Shown in pieces: positions 18,789 through 27,638 of a stretch of DNA of 64,000 nt. The notes beneath the pieces were generated by a model. The model had not been told where the DNA came from and did not search any database. It was given only the letters and a program-made list of their open reading frames with translations. Every line of letters starts with the position of its first letter. Position 1 is the stretch's first letter. The position numbers and the translations under genes are program-made. Origin of the DNA: an uncultured Acidobacteriota bacterium. Its GTDB lineage: Bacteria > Acidobacteriota > Vicinamibacteria > Vicinamibacterales > 2-12-FULL-66-21. The stretch is taken from contig CAWCQS010000007.1 of NCBI GenBank assembly GCA_963797715.1, positions 24,566 to 88,565 of the forward strand, read 5' to 3'.

Positions 18789-20430
18789 CACCTCCTCACA
18801 AACCCCATGTCCCAGACCCTGTCCTGCGTAACACTGAGTTCCGTCACCTGCCCACCGATGCTCCGGTGAAATCGAATGAACCCCAGCGATGACTGGAATG
18901 CGTCGGCATAGACGGGCGTCAGGCGAATGACGGTGTCGGGACGACGCTTCAGAACCAGTGCGCCGTTCTCGACGGCGGCAACGAGCGTCGTCTCCGCTTC
19001 GTCGCTGTCGTAGTTGCCAGCGTAGTCCGCCAGCGGACGTGTTTTTAGATCGTCGCCCTGCAGCAGCACGTACTGGTCGACCGTGCCGAACGCGTCCGTC
19101 ACGCGGACAGCGTTGGACGCAAACTCGTATCGCGAGCCGTTTGGCGACGTGAAGCGCGTGCCCGAGCTGGCGGTCAGTCTCGGACCGGGTTCGATCCGCA
19201 ACTCGTCACCCGAGCGGACCACCGAAAGTGGCTCGCCGGTGCCGGCGCGACGATAGAGGCCAGCCAGGCCCTCGCTCGGTGCGATGCGGACCGAGGAATT
19301 CGTGGATGTAGTCGTGCCCGGGGACGGCACGCCGAGGTAGGCATCGGCGACCGCGTGCGCATATTGCGGGGCGTTGCCCGTGCTGACGTTGCACAGCACC
19401 GCGACGGAGAGCATGTCGATCGGGATAACTCGAAAGCCATGCGCGATACGCCGCCGTGGCGCCGCTGTGCGACACTTCGCGCACGTCCTTGATAGGTACC
19501 GATGACCAGTCCCAGCGCGTAGCCATGCGGGCGACCGTCGTTGAAACGTCCGGGCTCTTGTTGCTCGCTGCACGAACGCCGCATCGCCGACGACCGGCTG
19601 AGAGAGATGTTCGCGCCATCGCAGCAGATCGCCCGCCGTGGTCAGCAGGCCACCGTTGCCCGTGGACGTTCTCGAACGGCATGTCCATGCGAAACCCGGA
19701 CCGCGCCGTCGGCGTATGCGATCGCAGCGATCCTTCACGACTCCGCGTGAAATCGTCGCGCCACGAGGTGCGCGTCATGCCGAGCGGCTCGAAGAGCCGC
19801 GTGCGGGTGAACTCGGCGAACGGCTCGCCGCTCACGCGCGAGACGATGATCGCGGCCAGGTTGTAGCCGGTATTGCTGTAGGAATAGCGCGTGCCGGATG
19901 GGAAGTTCAGCGACCGCTGCCGGCTGACGATGTCGAGCACGTGCGCGTGCGTGTGCACACGCGTCGCCGCGCGGCCACCCCGCGATCGAGGCGACGTTTC
20001 CCCAGTCGCGCAGCCCGCTCGTGTGAGTCAGCATGTGCCGGATCGTCAGCGGCGCGCCGTAATCGGCAGCTCGGGAATGTACTTTCGCGCCGGATCGTCG
20101 AGCGACAGCTTGCCGTCCCGCGCCAGGAGCAGAATTGCCGCCGCCGTGAACTGCTTCGAGACCGAGCCGGCCTCGAAGATGGTGTCCGGGCGATCGCGAC
20201 GTCGTGCTCGAGGTCCGCCATCCCGTACGCCTTCTCGGCCACGATCGCGCCCTTGCGGCTCACCCCAACCGTGCAGCCGGGCGTCGTGCGGTTGGCTTTG
20301 CGAAGACCGCGTCGATGCGAGCGTCGGCGATGCACTCTGCCGCGCGACATAGCTGGCCGCGGCTGTGCTGCGCAGTCCGTGCAGCAATGTCCGCGGTAGT
20401 CGCGACGTGCGAGGGCTGTCGTTCTGCACG
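18788..20430 (-). pseudogene. Serine hydrolase (class C beta-lactamase / PBP-related family), at least four frame breaks
   Basis: Family segments are scattered over four frames: [69 protein letters not shown] (SxxK), MLTHTSGLRDWG, YSYSNTGYNLAAIIVSRVSGEPFAEF..LFEPLGMT, GNGGLLTTAGDLLRW. The N-terminal boundary is approximate. Confidence 0.7.
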
Positions 20431-20440
20431 CGAAGTCCGG

Positions 20441-21838
20441 TTAGCGAAGCCACAGTGAGTTCGAGCCTTCGACATCGGCCGGACCATTCACGTTCGCCAG
20501 CCGTGCCTGGCGGAGTGATTTCTCCGAGTTTCGGCCGCGACCGAGCTGAGCAGGCCGATCCGGAACAGCCGCGCGCCGACGCGCAGGGCAAGCCATGTCA
20601 GATGCCATGAGCACGACGAACGCGCCGACGACTTCCCACCAGGCGAGGGACGTCGAGATCCGTGCTGGCGCGAAGCATGATGAGCGGTCCGGCCGAGAAC
20701 GGCAACCACGTCATCACGCGCGCCACGACGCCGTGCGGCTCGCGCAGAAGACCGCCATCATCATCATCGGCAGCGCCGCCGTCAGCGACCACACCATCGC
20801 GAGTTGCTGCGCCTCGCGCATGTTCGACCCGAGCGATCCGGTGCCAAGCATGAGGCTGCCGAAGAACAGGAAACCGACGATGAACAGCGGAACCGCGAGC
20901 GCGAGGGCGACCCACGGCATCTGGATCGCGGACGACATCAGCAACGGCACGATGCCGATCCCGCTGACGAGAGGATCAGGATCCAGACCGCAATCTGAAG
21001 AAGACCCGCGGCGCCAAGACCGAGCAGCTTGCCGGCGAGGATCTCGTCGGGATTCGCCGATGCGAGCAGGACCTCGACGACCTTGTTTTCTTTTTCGGTG
21101 CCGGTGCCCTGCATCAGATAGCCGGAGGTCATCAGCACCGACATCAGAAACAGGATGATAAACATCAGCGGCACGGCAGCCGCGGACGAAGCCAGCGGCC
21201 TGGCTGCCGTCAATGATCTCGCCGGTCTTGGTCACGCTGAAGCGTCGCGAATCCCCAGCGGCGCGAGGATGCGTGCGCTGGTATCGTCGTCAACCTTACC
21301 GCTCAGCAGCCGCTTGCGGACAGGTTGGCGAACGCAGTCGCGCGCCTTGAGGCCGGTCAGGCTCGCGTCGTCCTGGCGTGTAGATGTCGATCGCGCCGCT
21401 TCGACAAGTAATCAGGCGGGATGACGAAGTAACCCTTGATCGCCGTGCCGATCGAGTCGCTGACCGCGCCTCCGCTTCTACGTGAAGGGCCGGAAGACGA
21501 AGTTCGATTTGCCAGAGCGCACTGTTCGCGGCGCCGCCCGGCCCGTGCGCTTCGAGCGCGCGCTTCACCTCGTCGGGCATCTGCGGCTGATCCGGCGCGG
21601 CGACGTCACCCTGTCGAGATGCAGGAGCTCGGCGCCATCGACGACGCCGTAGACCGACGGCTCGCGCACCGCGCGGCTGGCGTAGTACGCCGGGAATCGC
21701 GACGATGCGCGCCGTAGGCAGCCATGAAGAGCGGCATGCCGAATGTCGTGATGAGGTAGCCGGGACGCTTGACAGCGGTCAGGAACTCGAACGTCGCGAC
21801 CGTCCAGGTCTTCTGCCAGCGTTTCGCAAGTGCCACGA
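20441..21838 (-). pseudogene. ABC-2 type (NatB-like) transporter permease, multiple frame breaks
   Basis: Fragments WQKTWTVATFEFLTAVKRPGYLITTFGMPLFMAAYG, ...[94 protein letters not shown] lie in different frames. Both ends are approximate. Confidence 0.6.
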
Positions 21839-21839
21839 T

Positions 21840-22742
21840 CGGCCTGCCCTCCCGCACGACGCGAAGAAAGATGTCTTCCATCGGCGCCAGCATCGGCTCG
21901 AAGCGATCGATCGTCGCGCCGGCGCGCACGAGCGTGGCTAGCGCCTCGTGCTGGCTGCACTGCCGTCCGCCAGCATCATCCGCCACGACCCTTCCCCTTC
22001 GTCGATCGCGCTGGCCACGGCCGGAACGGGTGGCAGCGGGCCGCGCGCGTGAACGCGAACTTCAGGCAGCGAATGGTTGCGGCGGACCTCGTCGACCTCG
22101 CCGTAAACCATCAGCCGGCCCTGGTTGATCAGCGCGATGCGGTCGCACAACGCCTCGACCTGGTTCATCTGGTGGGTCGAGAGGATCGTCGTGCGGCCGT
22201 TTTTGCCGACGCTCCTGGCAGCAGCTGCTGCACGAGCCGTACGTTCACCGGATCCAGTCCCGTCGTCGGCTCGTCGAGGACGCACAGTTCCGGGATCGCT
22301 CAGGAGCACGGCCGCAATCTGCACTTTCTGCGACATGCCTTTGCTGAGGCGATCGATCTTCCAGCTCGCGACCTGCGGCAGTTCGACCTTTTCGAGCCAT
22401 CATCGCCGATCGGCGCCGCGCCTCGGCGCGGCTGAGACCCTTCAGCGCGCCGAAATACGTCATCACGTCGGTGACCGTCAGCTTCGTATAGAGGCCCCGC
22501 TCTTCCGGAAGATAGCCGAGACGATCGAGATGCTCGCGACGCCGGGGTTCGCCGAAGACACGCACTTCGCCCGAGTCGGCGCGGATGATGTCCATCAGGA
22601 TCCGGATGAGCGTGCTCTTGCCGGCGCCGTTGGGGCCGAGGAGGCCGAAGATTTCGCCGGCGTGGACGTCGAAAGACACGCCGCGAAGCGCCGGGGTGTC
22701 GCCGTAGCTCTTCGCGATGTTGTCGAACGAGAGAATCACCAT
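21840..22742 (-). pseudogene. ABC transporter ATP-binding protein, several frame breaks
   Basis: Start ATG at 22742: MVILSFDNIAKSYGDTPALRGVSFDVHAGEIFGLLGPNGAGKSTLIRIL (Walker A). A signature/Walker B region (MSQKVQIAAVLLSDP..., TILSTHQMNQVEALCDRIALINQGRLMVYG) and the tail (IDRFEPMLAPMEDIFLRVV) lie in other frames. Confidence 0.7.
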
Positions 22743-22810
22743 CGTGCGGAAGAGCTTACTTGGACAGACGGCAGTGCCGCAACGCGCGCGACCCGACTGG
22801 CCGTGGGATA

Positions 22811-24298
22811 TCACTGGCTGAGGACAAAACCGGCTCGCGTGATGCCGCGCACGCACGACGTATCGAGCCCTTCGACCGTTCCGCGCTCGACGAAGGCACG
22901 CTTCAAGCCATCGACGCAGTCGAGACCATTCAAACCGTAGAGTGCATGGCCCCCGGAGGGCACGCGCACGTGCAGACTCCGGCTCAGCGTGCGGGCAAGA
23001 ACATCACCGTTCTCGGGCGGCGTGACGGGATCGAGGGCGCCCGAGAGAATAAGCACGGGCACACGCGAGGTGACCGGGGCATCACTCGAGGCTGACTTCG
23101 TTCCGCGCGGCCACGCCTCGCATGCCGCACGCTGCTGGCGCACGCGATAGCCGCCGAGAAAAGTCGGCTCGTCCGCATCGGCGGCGGCGGCACCGACGAA
23201 CGGCACATCTTCGGCGCACGTGATCGAGAGGTAGAGCCCGTCGAACGTGCCACGGACGCGCCAGCGCATGAGGAAGCTGGCAATCGGAGAGAAGTCGCTG
23301 CCGAAACCCTCGTGGAGGTAGAGCGGCACGCGCGACGCTCCGGCGGTCGAGTACAAGAGGTAGCGGATCGCCTCGGCGACGTGGTCGCGCGTGAGCGTCA
23401 CTTCGGCCGGCCGCCGCGCCCACGGGTGCGCCACGGTCGTTTTCGCTGGCGCGCGCTGCAGGCGCTCGAAGACCTCGCGCGCCTCTTCACGAATGCGCGG
23501 AAAAGCCCGCGCGCACGGCTCGGTTGCCAGGCACTCGGCCAGTACGCCGTTGAGCGCGTGTTCGGCCAGTCGTCCGAAGTGTTCGGGCACATGGTTGGCA
23601 GGGGTCACCGGACCTTCGAGGATGACGGCCCGAACGTGCGATTCGTAGCGGCGCACGTATTCCATCGCCAGCCGCGTGCCGTAGGACCCGCCGACGAGCG
23701 TCAGTTGCTGGTAGCCGAGCGCACGCCGGATGGCCTCGAGATCCTCGACCGAGGCGCTGGTCGTGTACTGGGCAAGGTCAGCGTCGCGCTCCAGCGTTCC
23801 TCGGCACGACTTGACCTTGTCGATCGGCAAAAACGCGTCGAAGTAACTCTGCGGATCGGCGGGCGGACCGTAGAAGTCGCAGAGAAGCGCATGCGAGTCG
23901 CCAGTGCCTCTCTGGTCGGCATAAATGGCATCGCGATGCTCGCGCGCGGCCGTCACGGCAATCGACGCATCGCCCAGGAACTCGGTCGCGGCCTGTCCAG
24001 GACCCCCAGCGAGATAAACGACCGCGTCGTTGGCTTTTTCACGCCCGGTGGCGGGCAGGACGACGATGCGGAGGGAGATCGTGCGGCCGCGACGCGTGGT
24101 TTGATCTTCGTGGACTGAGAGGCGGTGGCATCTCGCCGTCGGATCAGGTATGCCAACACACGGTTCGGTGCGGAGCGCGTCCGCACCTGCCGCCGCGTTT
24201 GCGTCACCGCCCGCCGGGGCGCGGCTCTGGCAAGCGGTGACCGCGACCCACGCGGCGAGCAGCGCGCCGGCGAGCCCTCCGGCAGCGGCAGCCCGCAT
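22811..24298 (-). CDS. Alpha/beta hydrolase, S33 tripeptidyl-aminopeptidase (TAP-like) family lipoprotein
   Basis: About 495 aa. Lipobox-like N-terminus (LLAAWVAVTACQS), VVYLAGGPGQAATEF, nucleophile elbow LVGGSYGTRLA, and a TAP-like C-terminal region. Start ATG 24298 or GTG 24301. Confidence 0.85.
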   Translation of the reverse strand: MRAAAAGGLAGALLAAWVAVTACQSRAPAGGDANAAAGADALRTEPCVGIPDPTARCHRLSVHEDQTTRRGRTISLRIVVLPATGREKANDAVVYLAGGPGQAATEFLGDASIAVTAAREHRDAIYADQRGTGDSHALLCDFYGPPADPQSYFDAFLPIDKVKSCRGTLERDADLAQYTTSASVEDLEAIRRALGYQQLTLVGGSYGTRLAMEYVRRYESHVRAVILEGPVTPANHVPEHFGRLAEHALNGVLAECLATEPCARAFPRIREEAREVFERLQRAPAKTTVAHPWARRPAEVTLTRDHVAEAIRYLLYSTAGASRVPLYLHEGFGSDFSPIASFLMRWRVRGTFDGLYLSITCAEDVPFVGAAAADADEPTFLGGYRVRQQRAACEAWPRGTKSASSDAPVTSRVPVLILSGALDPVTPPENGDVLARTLSRSLHVRVPSGGHALYGLNGLDCVDGLKRAFVERGTVEGLDTSCVRGITRAGFVLSQ

Positions 24299-24301
24299 CA
24301 C

Positions 24302-24815
24302 CTACTTCTTTGCTTCCTTTTGTGGTGGATGCGATGCGATGTATTTGCGGACGAACTCTTCGAGGTGCGGCGCGTTGGTCAGGCCGACCTTTCGGCCTTC
24401 TTCGAGCGCCTCGTCTGGCGTCAGCCCATCGCGCACGGCGCGGCGGATCGCCCAGAACGCCCCGACACGAATCGCGGCCGTGCAATGAATGAACATCGGG
24501 CGGTTCGCCGCGTCGTCCGTAATCTTCAGGAACTGATCGGCGTCGGCGTCAGTCGGATTGGCGTAGACGACAGGAATATTGAAGTACCTTCAGGCCCGCC
24601 GCTTCGACCGCAGCCTGTTCGTCCGCGGCGCGATGCTCGCTCGGTTGCCGCAGGTTGAGCACGGCCTTGATGCCGTCGGCCTTCAGCTTCGTGAACGCTT
24701 CGAGCCGCGGCTGAGCGCCGGTGCAGAACTGCGGGCTGACCTGCAGGAACTTCGGAATCGCCGGCATGTCGGCTGGGGCCTGGATCAGCGTGAGCGCAAG
24801 CAGTAGGGAAAGCAT
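24302..24815 (-). pseudogene. DUF442 / PTP-like phosphatase family protein, one frame break
   Basis: The N-terminal part MLSLLLALTLIQAPADMPAIPKFLQVSPQFCTGAQPRLEAFTKLKADGIKAVLNLRQPSEH...AAGLK (24549..24815) continues in another frame as YFNIPV...RPMFIHCTAAIRVGAFWAIRRAV (CX5R motif), ending at 24302. Confidence 0.7.
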
Positions 24816-24830
24816 GTCGAATTATAACGC

Positions 24831-24949
24831 CGCGGCTCGCCACTCGCCTCTCGCGGCTGGTCGTTTCATCGTTCGTCCCAGATGCAACAGCGAGCAGCGA
24901 GAAGCGAGCAGCTGTACGGCGAGTGGCCTGCAGCGAGCTTCGCGCTGCG
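24831..24949. repeat. Heptad-periodic hairpin element of about 17 heptads: (CGCNNCT)4 arm facing a (GCAGCGA)n arm
   Basis: In register: CGCGGCT CGCCACT CGCCTCT CGCGGCT ... ACAGCGA GCAGCGA GAAGCGA GCAGCTG TACGGCG AGTGGCC TGCAGCG AGCTTCG CGCTGCG. A perfect 10-bp pairing links GCCACTCGCC (24839..24848) with GGCGAGTGGC (24918..24927). Confidence 0.8.
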
Positions 24950-27421
24950 CTACTCCCCCCGCAGCGCCATCACCGGATCCACTTTCGTCGCTCGCCTCGC
25001 GGGCAGGTAACTCGCGACAAACGCGACGAGCACCAGGCCAAGCGGCACAGCGATAAACGTCAGTGGGTCGGTCGGTGTCACTCCGAAGAGCAGCGTCCCC
25101 ATCGATCGTGTCAGCACGAACGCGGCCGCGAGGCCAATCGCAGTGCCGGTCAACGCCAGCGTCATGCCCTGCGTCACGACCAGCCGCAGCACGCCAGACG
25201 GCTGGGCGCCGAGGGCCATCCGAATGCCTATCTCTCGCGCTCGAGCGGTGACGTTATAACTCAGCACGCCGTGGACGCCGATCGCCGCGAGGAAGAGCGC
25301 GACCGACGCGAGGAGGCCGAGGACGAGCATCGTGAAGCGGCGCTCGGCAACGGAACGCGAGACGGTGTCGGTGAACGGCTCGAGGCCGAACACGGCGAGC
25401 TGCGCATCCTGTTCGCGGATCGCGCCGCGCACGCTGCTGACAAACGCACGAGGATCGCCAGCCGTGCGCACGAGCAGCACGCCGGCGCCGTTAATCGATG
25501 GCGCCTGATCGAGCGGCGCATACAGGGCAATCGGCGCTGCTTCGGCAAGCCCCTGGAAGCGCTCGTTGCCGATGATCCCGACGATCGTGCGGTTCGCCCC
25601 CCAGAAGTTGATCTGCTTCCCAAGCGGCTCCTGCCCGTCAAAGAACCGGTGTGCCGTCGCTTCATTGATCAAGACCACCGGTGGCGCGGTCGGCGTGTCG
25701 GAATCGGCGAGCAACCGGCCGCGAACGAGCGGAACGCCCATCGTCCGGAAGTATCCGGGCGTCACGCGCCGCACTGAAATCTCCGGCTGCGTCGCCGCCT
25801 CTGCCTCCCGACCGATGATGCGGAACGAATTCGTGAAGCCGGGATCGAGCGGGTGATAGCCAGAGACGGCGGCGGCTTCGACGCCAGGCAAACGCTCCGC
25901 CTTCGCGAGCACACCGTGGGTGAAGGCGTGAATCTCCGTGAGATTGGGGAATCGTTTGAAGTCCGCCGGATAGCGGCTCTGCGGCAGTTGATACTCCGCC
26001 TTCAGGATGCCGTCGGACCTGAATCCGGCATCGACGTGCTGAATCCGCCAGAAGCTCTTGATGAGCAGTGTGGCGCCGATCACGAGCATCACCGCCAGCG
26101 CGCATTCGCCGATGACGAGGATCGCGCGCATCCGGGCGCGCTCCGTGCCGGATGACGCACCGTGACCACCCTCGCCCTTGAGCGAGCCCTGCAGATCGAC
26201 GCGCCGCGCTTGCATCGCCGGCACCATGCCGAAGACGAGCCCGGCCATCACCGACACGATCAACGTGATCGTCAGCACGCGCAGATCGACGGCGGCGTCG
26301 GCGATTCGAGGAATGTCGGCTGGGGCAAGCGCGACGAGTAGGCGCACGCCGGCAACGGCCAACGCCGAGCCCAGCGCAGCCGCGACGAGCGCCAGCATTA
26401 TGCCTTCGACCGCGAACTGCCGCATCATCCGTGCGCCGCTGGCGCCGAGCGCGGTCCGCACCGCGACCTCGCGCCGCCGAGCGCTGCCGCGCGCCAGCAG
26501 AAGATTGGCGACGTTCGCGCAGGCGACGAGCAGCACGAGACCGACCGCGGTCAGCAGCACCAGCAGTGCCGGCCGCACCGGCCCGAACACGACGGCGGAC
26601 AGCGGCTCGACGAAGACGCCGCGTGCCCGGTTCTCGGGATACGCGCGCTCGAGATCGACGGCAATTCCCGCGAGCTCCTCCTGTGTGGCCGCCACGCTGC
26701 CCTTCATCCGCGCCAGCATGAAGATCGGATGCGTCGAACGCGGCATTGTCTGCGGCGTGTTCTGGAACGGCAGCCAGACGTCAACCGCTGCGCGCGCGCC
26801 ACGGTCGGCAAACGACCGCGAGTAGTCGGCGGCGGAAAGAATCTGGAAGACACCGAAGTCGGCGCCGCGCTGCATGATGCCGATAATGGTGTACGGCTGA
26901 TCGTCGAGCCGAATCGAGCGGCCGACTGCCGATGGGTCGCGGCCGAATGCCCGCGACCACAAGCCGTCGCTGATGACGACGACGCGTGGGCCGCCGGCGC
27001 GGGTTTCCTCGGCCGTGAAACCACGTCCCGCGATCGGTTGCACGCCGAGCATCGGTAGCAGATCGTGCGTCGCCTCGAGCGCCTGCAGGCGGATCGGCTC
27101 ACCCTGCTCGGGACTGTAGTTGACTTCACTGCCGTCAAACGTCGCGAGAGCCTCGACGTGCTTGCTGCGCTCCTTGAAATCGAGATAGTCGGGGTACGAC
27201 GCCGGCTCGCGTGTCGTGCTGGTGTTGCGATCCGTCTCCCACACGACCGCGAGCGCGCCGATGTCTTTCACCGGCGCCGGACGCAGGAGCACCGTGTCGA
27301 TCACGCTGAAGATCGCCGTGTTGGCGCCAATCCCCAGCGCCATCGTCAACAGCGCGACGACGGCGAACGCGGGATTCCCTGCGAGCAGCCTGAGGGCGTA
27401 GCGAATGTCCTGACCGAACAT
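24950..27421 (-). CDS. ADOP-family duplicated permease (MacB-like ABC permease, two MacB_PCD+FtsX halves)
   Basis: 823 aa, intact. N-terminus MFGQDIRYALRLLAGNPAFAVVALLTMALGIGANTAIFSV. Two FtsX blocks are present (VACANVANLLLARGSARRREVAVRTALGASGARMMRQF and AAIGVHGVLSYNVTARAREIGIRMALGAQPSGVLRLV). Confidence 0.9.
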   Translation of the reverse strand: MFGQDIRYALRLLAGNPAFAVVALLTMALGIGANTAIFSVIDTVLLRPAPVKDIGALAVVWETDRNTSTTREPASYPDYLDFKERSKHVEALATFDGSEVNYSPEQGEPIRLQALEATHDLLPMLGVQPIAGRGFTAEETRAGGPRVVVISDGLWSRAFGRDPSAVGRSIRLDDQPYTIIGIMQRGADFGVFQILSAADYSRSFADRGARAAVDVWLPFQNTPQTMPRSTHPIFMLARMKGSVAATQEELAGIAVDLERAYPENRARGVFVEPLSAVVFGPVRPALLVLLTAVGLVLLVACANVANLLLARGSARRREVAVRTALGASGARMMRQFAVEGIMLALVAAALGSALAVAGVRLLVALAPADIPRIADAAVDLRVLTITLIVSVMAGLVFGMVPAMQARRVDLQGSLKGEGGHGASSGTERARMRAILVIGECALAVMLVIGATLLIKSFWRIQHVDAGFRSDGILKAEYQLPQSRYPADFKRFPNLTEIHAFTHGVLAKAERLPGVEAAAVSGYHPLDPGFTNSFRIIGREAEAATQPEISVRRVTPGYFRTMGVPLVRGRLLADSDTPTAPPVVLINEATAHRFFDGQEPLGKQINFWGANRTIVGIIGNERFQGLAEAAPIALYAPLDQAPSINGAGVLLVRTAGDPRAFVSSVRGAIREQDAQLAVFGLEPFTDTVSRSVAERRFTMLVLGLLASVALFLAAIGVHGVLSYNVTARAREIGIRMALGAQPSGVLRLVVTQGMTLALTGTAIGLAAAFVLTRSMGTLLFGVTPTDPLTFIAVPLGLVLVAFVASYLPARRATKVDPVMALRGE

Positions 27422-27436
27422 GAGCGCACTCCTGGG

Positions 27437-27483
27437 GTTCCAGAGGTTCTAAGGGTTCCAGAGGTTATACGAGTTCCAGAGGT
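27437..27483. promoter_or_regulatory. Three 18-bp direct repeats (core GTTCCAGAGGT) directly upstream of the ADOP start, in the divergent ADOP/secA-like control region
   Basis: The core GTTCCAGAGGT occurs at 27437, 27455 and 27473, with a spacing of exactly 18 nt. A partly complementary copy (AACCTCTCGAAC) lies at about 27517..27528. Confidence 0.6.
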
Positions 27484-27638
27484 GCAAAGTGGCGCAGTCG
27501 CATGCCGAACTCCTGAAACCTCTCGAACGCCGGCTCGAATGCTAAAGGATTAGCACGCCAACCCCGTGAAATCCAGCGCAATGGGACGAAGCGCGGGATG
27601 GACTCGCAGAAAGGCGGGTTACTCTCGTATATAGAACC

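Noticed and set aside
27437-27483. CRISPR array (also considered for the heptad elements at 8561, 18684 and 24831)
   Set aside because: The repeat units are only 7-18 nt with essentially no unique spacers. There are no cas genes, and the arrays are under 120 nt. They are tandem-repeat or hairpin elements, not CRISPR.
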